DNA from: a virus
Lineage: Duplodnaviria; Caudoviricetes
Length of the DNA stretch: 64,000 nt
Virus record (IMG/VR): IMGVR_UViG_3300033073_001109
Location: 18,197 to 82,196 of that record
Strand: one strand, 5' to 3'
Shown one piece after another: positions 1 through 9,685 of the stretch. Numbering within the stretch: position 1 is the stretch's first letter; each line of letters starts with the position of its first letter. The notes beneath the pieces were generated by a model. It was not told the DNA's origin. It saw nothing but the letters and a program-made list of their open reading frames with translations, and ran no database searches. A program made the position numbers and the translations under genes.

Positions 1-2
1 TC

Positions 3-2921
3 TGGGAAGATGCTAGTGCTTCTACCTGGGGCATCCAAGAGTGGAATCAATCCACTGCTGGATTCACAGTAAAAACTCCTATAGTAGTCACTGACCAGGC
101 TGACGTAGTGAATTACTCAGGCGGCGACTATACTCCGGTATCAACACTAGGCAGCATTGGAGATTATGCTGTCAGTGCTGTCAGCGAATTTTTACAAGTT
201 TACTACAAAACAGCCGGTCTAACACCCACTGGCGAAAGCTCAGTGGTTACTACAAACACCTGGGTGTTGGTTGGCAGCGATAATTGGAAATTGTCATGGC
301 CCACAGTGAGTGGTACCGCAGCTCCAACTAGCCTGACCGCTGGAAACAGTATTTTTATTAATGATGTAGAAGTTATTGTTGGAACCGGTGCTACTGCAAC
401 AACTGTCACTGGGTTTGCTACAGCCATTAACACTGTGGTATCAATCACTGGTGTTTACGCCAAAGTTGTCAGCGGCAAGTTGAACTTGTATGCAAACAAA
501 TCTGCAACCAACGACGGAAGTACTAATTCTGGCAACGGTATTATCAGTGTTGAACCAGGTACCAACGGTGCTAGTTTGTTGACTGCACTGGGCATCACTT
601 CTGCTGTATACCAAGCTCCTACTTATTTGCCAGCCTACAGCTATCAAGCTCCACGCTGGAGAACCACCGACACAGTCCCTGCGCCAACCGGAAGCGTATG
701 GCAAAATCTTAGCCCAGTAAACAACGGAATGAATGTTGTACTGAAAAAGTGGAGCAGTACACTAGCATCTTGGGTTACTCAAACCACTAATGTATATCTC
801 AATGACGCCTTGGCGATTTATGCATTAGATCCAAGTGGAGGCGGAAAAAATATTCCTGTTGGCACAACCTACATGAATTACAACGCTCAGCAAGGCAGTG
901 CGTCAAACCCGCCTACTGCATCATTTGAAATTTTTGAAAGATTGTTGCTAGGACAAACTGTGGTCACAGGCAGTGTGTCCAATCCAACATTCACTGTTGG
1001 CGATAGTTTTAGTTTCCAGGTTACTGAAGCAGGAAATTCAAACTTTGTTGGACCATTCTATGTAACACTAACTGGAACCACTGCTGATGATTTTATCAGC
1101 GACTTCCAAGCTGCCAATGCTCCATATACCACAGCTAGTTTAGATAGCTCGGGTAATATTGTGTTAACTCACACACAAGGCGGTACCATTGTATTGTTTA
1201 ATACAATCTACGGAACACCAGTTGCAGATGCTGGCTTCACTAATTCAACTCCGTTGTGTCGCCCAGGTCGCACCACAGGTAATTTGGTATTGAGTAACTT
1301 TGTTACTACACCAGAGTTTACCTATGCTAATAGCACCACTGCCCCTTATCAAAACCCAGCCAACGGAACATTGTGGTACTATAGCACTGCCACACAAGCA
1401 GATATTATGATTCAAGACAACGGCTCGTGGCAAGGTTATCAAAACGTTGCCAACGATGTACGTGGTTTCGATCTGAGAGATACCAACGCAAGTGGACCAA
1501 TTTTCAGTACCACTGCTCCGTTGACTCAGAACAATGCTGCTGAATCACCATTGGCCTACGGTGATCTCTGGATCGACACCAGCGACTTGGAAAATTATCC
1601 AATGATATATCGTTGGGAGCCTGTGGACGGAGTTGACCAATGGGTATCAATCAACACCACTGACCAGGTAACGCAAAATGGTATTTTGTTTGCCGATGCC
1701 CGTTGGGCTCCAAACGGGACCACTGACCCAATCAGCGATCCAATTCCGACCATTGCAAGTTTGTTGACCAGCGATTACCTAGATTTGGACGCTCCAGATC
1801 CTTTGTTATATCCACAAGGTATGTTGTTATGGAACACACGTCGCAGTGGTTACAATGTTAAGAGTTACAACAACGACTACTTCAATGCTACAAACTTCCC
1901 TGATGCTAGTTTGCCAAGCGTTGCTGCCACTTGGATTACTGCTAGCGGCAACCGCGACAATGGCGCTATGTGGGGAGGCCGCCTAGCACAACGTCAGATG
2001 GTTGTTGCAGCCATGAAGGCAGGTATTGACACAAGTCAGGCAGCACGAGAAGAGCAAAACAATTATAATTTGATTGCTTCTCCAGCATATCCTGAATTGA
2101 TGCCAAACATGATTGCACTCAGCAACGAGCGCAACAACACACTGTTTGTTGTTGGAGATACTCCAATGAGATTGGCAGTTGATGGTAATAGCTTGGTTGC
2201 TTGGGCCACCAACAACAACGGATTGGGCTTGCCAACTGAAGACGGCCTAGTGGCAACCAGCAACTATTGTGCTGCTTTCTATCCAAGTTGCCAGACCAAT
2301 GATTTGAGTGGCAATACAGTGGTAGCTCCTCCAAGTCACATGATGGTGCGTACAATTTTGCGTAGTGACTCAGTGAGCTATCCATGGTTAGCACCAGCAG
2401 GTACACGCCGCGGTGTGATTGACAATGCTACCGCTATTGGTTACATCGATTCTGCCACAGGTGAATTTGTACAATTAGGCGTTGGGCAAAGTGTACGCGA
2501 CATCCTGTATGAGCGCAACATTAACCCAATTACGTTTATTCCAGGCGTGGGTATTACTAATTTTGGTAACAAGACCACAACCACTGTGACTACAGCGTTG
2601 GATCGTATCAACGTGGCACGTTTGATCTGTTTCTTGCGCGAGCGTTTGGCACAAATTGGTAAGTTGTATTTGTTTGAACCAAATGACGAAATCACACGCA
2701 ATGAAATTACCAATACTATCAACAGTTTGATGATTGACTTGATTTCTAAGCGAGCCATCTATGATTATTTGACTGTATGTGATCTTACAAATAATACACC
2801 AGCACGTATTGATAGAAACGAATTATGGGTAGACGTTGCTATTGAACCTGTCAAAGCAGTGGAATTCATTTACATTCCGTTGCGTATTAAGAACACAGGA
2901 GAGATTGCAGCCGGAGCATAA
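3..2921 (+). CDS. gp18: Contractile tail sheath protein (5'-partial; frame is open back to the window start)
   Basis: C-terminus ALDRINVARL...LFEPND...TPARIDRNELWVDVAIEPVKAVEFIYIPLRI is typical of T4 gp18-like sheaths. No stop codon lies between position 3 and the ORF-track start at 108. Confidence 0.93.
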   Translation, partial: WEDASASTWGIQEWNQSTAGFTVKTPIVVTDQADVVNYSGGDYTPVSTLGSIGDYAVSAVSEFLQVYYKTAGLTPTGESSVVTTNTWVLVGSDNWKLSWPTVSGTAAPTSLTAGNSIFINDVEVIVGTGATATTVTGFATAINTVVSITGVYAKVVSGKLNLYANKSATNDGSTNSGNGIISVEPGTNGASLLTALGITSAVYQAPTYLPAYSYQAPRWRTTDTVPAPTGSVWQNLSPVNNGMNVVLKKWSSTLASWVTQTTNVYLNDALAIYALDPSGGGKNIPVGTTYMNYNAQQGSASNPPTASFEIFERLLLGQTVVTGSVSNPTFTVGDSFSFQVTEAGNSNFVGPFYVTLTGTTADDFISDFQAANAPYTTASLDSSGNIVLTHTQGGTIVLFNTIYGTPVADAGFTNSTPLCRPGRTTGNLVLSNFVTTPEFTYANSTTAPYQNPANGTLWYYSTATQADIMIQDNGSWQGYQNVANDVRGFDLRDTNASGPIFSTTAPLTQNNAAESPLAYGDLWIDTSDLENYPMIYRWEPVDGVDQWVSINTTDQVTQNGILFADARWAPNGTTDPISDPIPTIASLLTSDYLDLDAPDPLLYPQGMLLWNTRRSGYNVKSYNNDYFNATNFPDASLPSVAATWITASGNRDNGAMWGGRLAQRQMVVAAMKAGIDTSQAAREEQNNYNLIASPAYPELMPNMIALSNERNNTLFVVGDTPMRLAVDGNSLVAWATNNNGLGLPTEDGLVATSNYCAAFYPSCQTNDLSGNTVVAPPSHMMVRTILRSDSVSYPWLAPAGTRRGVIDNATAIGYIDSATGEFVQLGVGQSVRDILYERNINPITFIPGVGITNFGNKTTTTVTTALDRINVARLICFLRERLAQIGKLYLFEPNDEITRNEITNTINSLMIDLISKRAIYDYLTVCDLTNNTPARIDRNELWVDVAIEPVKAVEFIYIPLRIKNTGEIAAGA

Positions 2922-2922
2922 T

Positions 2923-2946
2923 CAAAGGGGCTTAGGCCCCTTTTGA
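2923..2946 (+). terminator. Intrinsic terminator after the sheath gene
   Basis: AAAGGGGC-ttag-GCCCCTTT followed by T. Confidence 0.8.
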
Positions 2947-2963
2947 CCGGTTGGAAGAATAGG

Positions 2964-2969
2964 TAAATA
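2964..2969 (+). promoter_or_regulatory. Late-type promoter core TAAATA upstream of tail tube
   Basis: TAAATA, then AGGAG RBS and ATG at 2990; the motif recurs before many structural genes. Confidence 0.65.
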
Positions 2970-2989
2970 AAGTACAGGAGAAATCTAAA

Positions 2990-3631
2990 ATGGCAGTTTC
3001 ATCATTACAACGCATGACAGTGCCTTTGGCAAGTGATCAAAGTTCACCTACCCAAGGCCTATTAATGCCCAAACTCAAATATCGCTTTAGAGTGATGTTT
3101 GAAAACTTTGGCGTGTCTACTCCAAGAACAGAACTTACTAAGCAAGTTATGACTGTTACACGCCCTAACTTATCATTTGAAGAAATTCCAATTCCAATTT
3201 ATAATTCAACATTGAAACTGGCTGGACGTCATTCATGGGCAGACATTAGTTGTTCACTGCGTGACGATGCCAGTGGTACAATTTCTAAATTGGTCGGCGA
3301 GCAAATTCAGAAACAAATGGACTTCATGGAAATGAGTTCTGCCGCATCAGGTATTGATTACAAATTTAAGACTGTGATTGAAATCCTTGACGGCGGAAAC
3401 GGAGCCAACACACCTGTGGTTCTTGAGCAGTGGGAACTGTATGGGTGCTATCTTAAGAGCTCAGATTACGGCGATTTAAACTACGGTTCAAATGAACCAG
3501 TTACAATTAGCATGGCTATTGCTTATGACAATGCTAACCAGAACCCAACAGCCAGCGGTAACCCAGCCGGTGTTGGTATTGCAGTTGGCAGAACACTGGG
3601 TGATGTTGTAACGGGCGTTGGCCCAGTCTAA
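2990..3631 (+). CDS. gp19: Tail tube protein (T4 gp19-like)
   Basis: Follows the sheath; motifs KLKYRFRV, VTRPNL, LAGRHSW, WELYGCY, LNYG, IAYDNA; strong RBS. Confidence 0.85.
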   Translation: MAVSSLQRMTVPLASDQSSPTQGLLMPKLKYRFRVMFENFGVSTPRTELTKQVMTVTRPNLSFEEIPIPIYNSTLKLAGRHSWADISCSLRDDASGTISKLVGEQIQKQMDFMEMSSAASGIDYKFKTVIEILDGGNGANTPVVLEQWELYGCYLKSSDYGDLNYGSNEPVTISMAIAYDNANQNPTASGNPAGVGIAVGRTLGDVVTGVGPV

Positions 3632-3643
3632 TAGGAGCCGCCA

Positions 3644-4849
3644 ATGAACGGTGGTGGACCATTTGGTCAACAACTTCTCCAAGGCTTTTTTGGAGTAGAG
3701 AACTTGCGTGATTACACTCACGCAAGTAAAACTTTTACTACTAACAGTTACGAACTCAAGCCGCGCTTTAAATTTCTCTTTCATGTTTCGTTTACCTTAA
3801 ACGTTCAACAGATCCCTGCCTTGCGTGGCGCAATTAGCAACGATGAAATTGCACTTTACAGTTATCTGGTAAAAACAGTTGACCTGCCAAAGTACAATAT
3901 TGCCAACGAAGTTTTAAATCAGTACAATCGCAAAAGACTTGTACAAACTAGAATTGATTACGATCCAATCAACATAACATTCCACGACGACGGCGGAGAC
4001 AACAGCCGTAACATGTGGTACAACTATTTCAAATACTACTACAAAGATCCGAGTCAGAAATATCTATCAGGGTCAGAAAATACCAATGGAACCATTGGCA
4101 AACTAGCCAACTATCAAAACGGATTTAGTTATAACAACCGTGACATTTACGAAGCTCAGAGAGTTGGCAATGTCAATGACTGGGGATATGTAGGAGAAGC
4201 CTACAACGATGGCACACAAGAGGCGTCAGGTAAGCCTCCGTTTTTTAGAGACATTAGAATCACTGGCATGGATCAACACAAGTTTGCTCAGTATGTGTTG
4301 GTAAACCCAATCATTACCAACTGGAGTCATGACGTCTATGATTATACTCAAGGCGGCGGCACAATGACTAACTCTATGCAGATACGCTACGAAACAGTGA
4401 AGTATTTCAGTGGCGCATTGAGTGGTGCCAAACCAGACGTTAATGTACAAGGATTTGCTGATCCTGCACACTATGATACTAAAAAGAGCCCGCTGGCAAG
4501 ACCAGGCAGCACTGCTACTATATTTGGTCAAGGTGGGTTGTTGGATACTGCTGAAGGCATCATGGAAGATCTTGAATCAGGATCTGTGTTGGGAGTAATT
4601 GGTGCAATACAAAAAGCCGGCACAGCATACAATACTTTCAAAGGTAAAAACTTGGCCAGTATTCTCAAGAGCGAAGCAACTGCTCTGGGTAAAAACATAT
4701 TGGTTGGAAGTTTACCTGGTGCTGTCAAAGCAGTGGCCGGTACTGCCGATGGTGTGTTTTTCCCAAGACAAAATGCTGAACGAGTTTGGCAACGTCAAAA
4801 TGAAGCCATGAACCAAGACGTGCCACCTGGCGGATACATTTCTTACTAA
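3644..4849 (+). CDS. Tail-tube-like / baseplate-tube junction protein
   Basis: VKTVDLPKY, NQYNRKR, YDPINITFHDD and LVNPIITNWSHD resemble the gp19/gp54 fold; tail-module context; AGGAG RBS. Confidence 0.6.
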   Translation: MNGGGPFGQQLLQGFFGVENLRDYTHASKTFTTNSYELKPRFKFLFHVSFTLNVQQIPALRGAISNDEIALYSYLVKTVDLPKYNIANEVLNQYNRKRLVQTRIDYDPINITFHDDGGDNSRNMWYNYFKYYYKDPSQKYLSGSENTNGTIGKLANYQNGFSYNNRDIYEAQRVGNVNDWGYVGEAYNDGTQEASGKPPFFRDIRITGMDQHKFAQYVLVNPIITNWSHDVYDYTQGGGTMTNSMQIRYETVKYFSGALSGAKPDVNVQGFADPAHYDTKKSPLARPGSTATIFGQGGLLDTAEGIMEDLESGSVLGVIGAIQKAGTAYNTFKGKNLASILKSEATALGKNILVGSLPGAVKAVAGTADGVFFPRQNAERVWQRQNEAMNQDVPPGGYISY

Positions 4850-4852
4850 TCT

Positions 4853-5212
4853 ATGCCTACAGTAAATTATACCAATCGAAACATTGATCCAACTGTGAGA
4901 GTGTTTGACAGTTTCTATAGATACGAGTCGAATGTTCCAGCAGATCAGTACGACCTGGTCAACAGTTACTTTCGCAGTGTAATGACCACTCGAGAAGCCG
5001 CAGACAATTTCACAACCAGTTTGTTTAGAGTTGCAGATCAAACTGGTATACCAATCATGGAATTGCTTCAAAGCATACAAGGACAAAGTGGCATGGAGCT
5101 CAATGTTAGCATGTCCTATTATCTCAATAATCTACGAAGCAATGCTACTTTGGTAGGTATTGGAACGCCGGCAGCACAGAATTTCTATGTTGCTAGATGC
5201 GTGGTAAAATAA
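4853..5212 (+). CDS. Hypothetical protein (tail module)
   Basis: 119-aa ORF, stop overlaps the next ATG (TAATG). Confidence 0.7.
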   Translation: MPTVNYTNRNIDPTVRVFDSFYRYESNVPADQYDLVNSYFRSVMTTREAADNFTTSLFRVADQTGIPIMELLQSIQGQSGMELNVSMSYYLNNLRSNATLVGIGTPAAQNFYVARCVVK

Positions 5213-5643
5213 TGGCTAAGTGGGCACAAGGCACATATCAAGTTCAAAATCCTGAAAAATACATTGGAAATCGTACACCAAGGTATAGATCAGGATGGGA
5301 ACACAGTTTCATGCGCTTCTGCGATACCAACGAAAACATATTGCAGTGGGCCAGTGAATCAATACAAATACCATACCGCCATCCACTCACAGGCAAGCAC
5401 ACTATCTACGTTCCTGATTTTCTTATTACGTACCGCACCCGTAACAACATAATGAAGGGCGAGCTTATTGAAATCAAGCCCAAAGGGCAAAGCATGATCA
5501 ATGAGCGCAGTAACAGCAGAGATCGCGCTGTGGTTGCAGTGAACTATGCCAAATGGGACGCGGCCACCAAATGGGCTCAGCGCAACGGGCTTGTTTTTAG
5601 AGTTATAACTGAGGACCAAATGTTCCACAACGGGCGTGCCTGA
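5212..5643 (+). CDS. gp4: Head completion nuclease (T4 gp4-like, TnsA-N endonuclease fold)
   Basis: NPEKYIG, YRSGWE, WASE, YVPDF, ELIEIKP, KWDAA, FRVITE; start corrected to ATG 5212. Confidence 0.85.
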   Translation: MAKWAQGTYQVQNPEKYIGNRTPRYRSGWEHSFMRFCDTNENILQWASESIQIPYRHPLTGKHTIYVPDFLITYRTRNNIMKGELIEIKPKGQSMINERSNSRDRAVVAVNYAKWDAATKWAQRNGLVFRVITEDQMFHNGRA

Positions 5644-5648
5644 GCCAC

Positions 5649-5654
5649 TAAATA
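5649..5654 (+). promoter_or_regulatory. Late-type promoter TAAATA 4 nt before ATG
   Basis: cTAAATAtggcATG with no Shine-Dalgarno. Confidence 0.6.
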
Positions 5655-5658
5655 TGGC

Positions 5659-6153
5659 ATGACTCGCAAACTCGAAGAACTTTTTGACCTACCCCCAAGT
5701 CAATCCGAAATAGACTCTGCTTTGCCAGAGTTGCCGGCTAGCCGCGAAACTATCCATGCCTTGGATGAAGCCATTGACAAAATTGATGCAGCCTTGCCCG
5801 GGGTCAAAGGATTGGAATCCACAGACTCAGAAATGGACGATCTTGCAAATCTAGCCGCTGCTAGTTACAAAGATCTCATGGACCTTGGCATGCAGGTTGA
5901 CAGTCGCTTTGCGGCTGAAATTTTTAGTGTTGCTGGTACCATGCTAGGGCATGCAATATCAGCCAAAACTGCCAAACTTGACAAAAAGCTCAAAATGGTA
6001 GATCTGCAACTTAAAAAAATGCGTCTGGATCAAAACAAAACAGAAGAAGATTCTGCTCCCACTCAAACAGGCACCGGTGTTGTGTTGAGTCGCAATGACT
6101 TATTAGAGCGCATTATCGGCAAGAGCAAAGATCAAAACTCTAAAAAAGAATAA
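5659..6153 (+). CDS. Hypothetical coiled-coil protein
   Basis: 164-aa helical ORF behind a TAAATA motif. Confidence 0.75.
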   Translation: MTRKLEELFDLPPSQSEIDSALPELPASRETIHALDEAIDKIDAALPGVKGLESTDSEMDDLANLAAASYKDLMDLGMQVDSRFAAEIFSVAGTMLGHAISAKTAKLDKKLKMVDLQLKKMRLDQNKTEEDSAPTQTGTGVVLSRNDLLERIIGKSKDQNSKKE

Positions 6154-6173
6154 ATATCGTATAGGACATTGAC

Positions 6174-6782
6174 ATGAAACCATTTGCAAAATATCTAGCA
6201 GAAAGCGAACGCACATACAACTACCGCATCAAAGTAGTAGGTGATGTGCCTGAGGGATTTTTCAAACAGTTGGAAGGCAAGTTAGAGCAGTTTGACGTTG
6301 TCAAAATGACCGGCCCTAAAACCACACCTGTTCGTAAACAAATTCCTGATTTTCCTGCTTTCCCCAACCAACCCATGAGCATCATTGATGTTGAGTTTAA
6401 GTACCCTGCTATTGAGCCACAGATCAAACAGTTGGCACAGTTGGCTGGTCTTGATCCAAATCGTATTGTGATGAATACCACACCCTACGAAGAAGAGCTC
6501 AATGTTGAAAGCGACAAGATTGAAGCAGAAAACAAGGACTTGTTGAAGGACACTGATTATCCTGCTCCTGACAAGAAACAAAAAGCATTGAACAAAGATT
6601 ATGCAACTGGTCCTTATGATCATGCAGTGTTAAAAAATGCTTACCGCAGTGATTTCTCTGTGGCCGGCGGCAAAACACCTCCAGCAAAAACAACCAATGA
6701 TTTGCCACAAGGCACCAATAGCCCAATGACAAACATCAAGCGTCCCCCAAGACCAGCCACTGGCGCACAACCCCGAGGATAA
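6174..6782 (+). CDS. Putative head/internal protein
   Basis: TAAATA at 6151 and AGGA RBS; N-terminus MKPFAKYLAE-S resembles T4 capsid-targeting sequences. Confidence 0.65.
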   Translation: MKPFAKYLAESERTYNYRIKVVGDVPEGFFKQLEGKLEQFDVVKMTGPKTTPVRKQIPDFPAFPNQPMSIIDVEFKYPAIEPQIKQLAQLAGLDPNRIVMNTTPYEEELNVESDKIEAENKDLLKDTDYPAPDKKQKALNKDYATGPYDHAVLKNAYRSDFSVAGGKTPPAKTTNDLPQGTNSPMTNIKRPPRPATGAQPRG

Positions 6783-6788
6783 TTTGAA

Positions 6789-8801
6789 ATGACATTTTTC
6801 TACGACTTAAACAAAAAATTAGCCAGCATTGGCAAGCCCACAGAACAACTCAATGAGCGCAGAATGCGTGAAGGATCTATCCAGGGTGGTGTATGGACTG
6901 CTGATCCTCCCAAGCCTGGTCAACCAAATGTTCCTGTGCCTCAGAATCCTGACGGCGGCAGTATTAAATCAACTTATACTCCTCCTGCACCAGGTAGTGC
7001 AATCAAGGTAACACCAGAGCCAAAATCACTTGCACCGGCCCCAAAATCACTTGCACCGGCCCCAACACCAACCAAAGAAGAGTTAGTTGGCGGCCAGAAA
7101 AAATTAGACAAGAATGCCAATGGCAAACTTGATGCTCAAGACTTTGCTATGTTGCGTAAAAGTAAAAAACAAACTTCCGAAGGCGATTTTGGTCCCATGG
7201 AAGGATCAACCGGTGACTACTCAGCCAAGAAGGCACGTGCCGGCAAAGACATCGGAAAGCCAGGCAAAGAGTTTTCTCAAATTGCTGACAAGGCCGGTAA
7301 AAAATATGGCAGCAAAGAAGCCGGCGAGCGAGTTGCTGGTGCTGTGTTAGCAAAATTGCGTGCCAAAGAAAGTGTTGCTGAAGCCGATATGGACGAATCA
7401 GCATTGCAGGCCTACCTTGGCAAGAAGAAATATGGTGCTGACGGCATGAAGGCATTACAAAAAGCCGGTCGTGACGGTGCTAGCAAAGAAACCATGGCCA
7501 AGATTCGTGCTAAACACGAAGTAGACGAAGGCTGGGATGACATGCTCAAAGACGTTGAGCGTCGTCGTTCTGGCATGAAGACTGGCGAAAAAGTTCAAGG
7601 CCACAAAGGCGAAATTGAAAAAACAGCCACAGGCATCAAGCACACTCGCAAGTACGATCCTAAGACAGGCGAAACTGATTCAGGAGATGACGATGCACCC
7701 AAAGGTGAAAAGCGTCGTGGACGTCCAAAAGGCACAGGCAAAGCCATGGGTGCCAAAGGTCCCAGCGGCAAGTCAAAACTCATGAAGAAAGAAGGTTTTG
7801 ACATTACCACTCCTAGTGGTACTTTCAGTACTAACACAGGTACAATGACACCTCCGCCTATGCCAGAAAGCAAAGGCGATGACGTCAAGGCTGCTATGAC
7901 TCTGCTTAAGAAGGCTGGTTACAAAGTGACCAAGGCTGATGCCAAAGAGCCTGTGGAAGAAAAAGCAGTGAGCAAAGCACAACAAAAGTTCATGGGCATG
8001 GTACATGCTACACAAAAAGGCGAAAAAGCCCCTTCAAAAGAAGTTGCTAAAGTTGCCAAGTCTATGAAGAAATCTGACGCAGAAGATTTTGCTGCTACCA
8101 AACACAAAGGTCTGCCTGAAAAGAAAAAGAAGAAAACTGAAGAAGCCGGTGGTGTAGATACACCCACAGCAAGCAGCGGATTCTCATTTGGCAAAGGCAT
8201 TTACGATTCGATCAATCGCGAACTAGAAGAAATGATTGCTGAATCTATGAACATTTCTATGAACAGCAATTCCGATGGTGCCAATGGTCCTACCAAAAGT
8301 TTGACAGTCACAGCCACAGACGAAGATGCAGCATACTTGGCTCAGATTCTCAAGTCAGCCGGCTTAGGTGGCGGCAGTCACGGAGATTGCGGCTGCGGCG
8401 ATTCTCCTTGCTCATGTGGTTCAGATGCCGAACATGTAGACGAGAACAAGCCAGATTGGCCAACCAACACTGAATACAGCGATGATGCACTACAGTATTC
8501 AGGCGGATTGAACAAGCCTAAAACTGACGTTGCTGGCGATGGCCAAACCACTGTGCCAGTGGCTGCTGTTCACACACAAGACGAAGATGAGTTGCGTAGA
8601 CTGCGTGAAATGGCCGGTATTGCCGAAACTAAAAAAGTCGATGAAGATGACATGGAAGAAGGCAACAAGTTCACTGGCAATCTAGCCAAAGCTCGTGCTG
8701 CTGGCAAGAAAGAAGCCGACCTAGACGGCGATGGCGATATGGAAAAAGTCAAGGAAAGCATCCTTGATATGAAACATCTCTGGACAGAATACAAGGGTTA
8801 A
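6789..8801 (+). CDS. Large Lys/Glu-rich modular putative head protein
   Basis: 670 aa of short basic modules separated by hydrophobic-x-E-(G/S/A) sites. Confidence 0.7.
   Translation: MTFFYDLNKKLASIGKPTEQLNERRMREGSIQGGVWTADPPKPGQPNVPVPQNPDGGSIKSTYTPPAPGSAIKVTPEPKSLAPAPKSLAPAPTPTKEELVGGQKKLDKNANGKLDAQDFAMLRKSKKQTSEGDFGPMEGSTGDYSAKKARAGKDIGKPGKEFSQIADKAGKKYGSKEAGERVAGAVLAKLRAKESVAEADMDESALQAYLGKKKYGADGMKALQKAGRDGASKETMAKIRAKHEVDEGWDDMLKDVERRRSGMKTGEKVQGHKGEIEKTATGIKHTRKYDPKTGETDSGDDDAPKGEKRRGRPKGTGKAMGAKGPSGKSKLMKKEGFDITTPSGTFSTNTGTMTPPPMPESKGDDVKAAMTLLKKAGYKVTKADAKEPVEEKAVSKAQQKFMGMVHATQKGEKAPSKEVAKVAKSMKKSDAEDFAATKHKGLPEKKKKKTEEAGGVDTPTASSGFSFGKGIYDSINRELEEMIAESMNISMNSNSDGANGPTKSLTVTATDEDAAYLAQILKSAGLGGGSHGDCGCGDSPCSCGSDAEHVDENKPDWPTNTEYSDDALQYSGGLNKPKTDVAGDGQTTVPVAAVHTQDEDELRRLREMAGIAETKKVDEDDMEEGNKFTGNLAKARAAGKKEADLDGDGDMEKVKESILDMKHLWTEYKG
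7020..7061 (+). repeat. Perfect 21-bp tandem duplication
   Basis: CCAAAATCACTTGCACCGGCC x2, encoding PKSLAPA x2. Confidence 0.95.
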
Positions 8802-8803
8802 TC

Positions 8804-9499
8804 ATGAAAAGTCTGCGTGAATACATTACAGAAGCCGAACAAATATTTGATACACCTCAAGTGGGTGATAACTTTGCAATCAGTTGCAGAGAAGAATGTT
8901 TGTTAGAAACCTATGTGTGCGACCAAACTGAAGACGGTATTGTGCTTCACGCCGACGACAAGATTATGCGTGCTTTGGAGGCCTATGGATATCTCAGCGA
9001 AGAAGAACTCAGTCCATTGAGTCTTGAAGAAAACTTTGATGATGTGGCTTCACAAGATGCTGGTGAATATGACTACGAAGGCGATTCGGTCAAAGATGAT
9101 TTAGAAACTGTGATTCGTGCTGCTCGCAGACTCACAGGAATGTTGCGTGACAATGACAATGTACCTGAGTGGGTGCAGTCTAAGGTAACCAAAGCCGCAG
9201 ACTATGTTGACACAGCGGCTGATTATCTTGAATCAAATCAAGACGAAGAACACATGGATGAAGCCAAGTATCAAGGACGTGAAGTTCCGCTGGGCAAGCC
9301 CATGAAAGGTGATGTTAAAAAATCTAAGGTTTATGTGCGTGGGCCCAAGGGCAATGTGGTCAAAGTTAACTTTGGTCAAAAAGGCATGAAGATTAAAAAG
9401 AATATTCCTGGCCGCCGCAAAAACTTCCGTGCTAGACACAACTGCGACAATCCAGGTCCACGTTGGAAAGCACGTTATTGGAGCTGCCGCGCTTGGTAA
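8804..9499 (+). CDS. Putative head protein with basic C-terminal domain
   Basis: Starts MKSLREYITE-A; acidic N-half; C-terminus KVNFG...RRKNFRARHNC...KARYWSCRAW is a domain type I recognise from T4-like phage hypotheticals. Confidence 0.7.
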   Translation: MKSLREYITEAEQIFDTPQVGDNFAISCREECLLETYVCDQTEDGIVLHADDKIMRALEAYGYLSEEELSPLSLEENFDDVASQDAGEYDYEGDSVKDDLETVIRAARRLTGMLRDNDNVPEWVQSKVTKAADYVDTAADYLESNQDEEHMDEAKYQGREVPLGKPMKGDVKKSKVYVRGPKGNVVKVNFGQKGMKIKKNIPGRRKNFRARHNCDNPGPRWKARYWSCRAW

Positions 9500-9508
9500 G
9501 GAACCACT

Positions 9509-9685
9509 ATGAGCTATCAACCATATAACCCAAATACTCCTCTCACCACTCCTCCGGTGCAGAATCCACATTCGCCTGCTACAGGTGGATATAAACAACA
9601 ACCAGTTGAAATTCCTGGCGTAATTAGTCAAACTAATTCTTTATACAAGCCTTACACTGGCCACCCAAACAAGGATAACAAATAA
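9509..9685 (+). CDS. Small Pro-rich protein missing from the ORF track (58 aa)
   Basis: AGGA RBS; MSYQPYNPNTP...HPNKDNK*; TAA overlaps ATG 9685; fills the gap exactly. Confidence 0.65.
   Translation: MSYQPYNPNTPLTTPPVQNPHSPATGGYKQQPVEIPGVISQTNSLYKPYTGHPNKDNK

Noticed and set aside
5212-5643. TnsA-like endonuclease as a Tn7-type transposon
   Set aside because: It matches the gp4 head-completion context; no TnsB/TnsC or terminal repeats are present
5659-6153. Small terminase subunit call
   Set aside because: Size and helicity fit, but I recognised no gp16 motif and it is not adjacent to gp17; left as hypothetical
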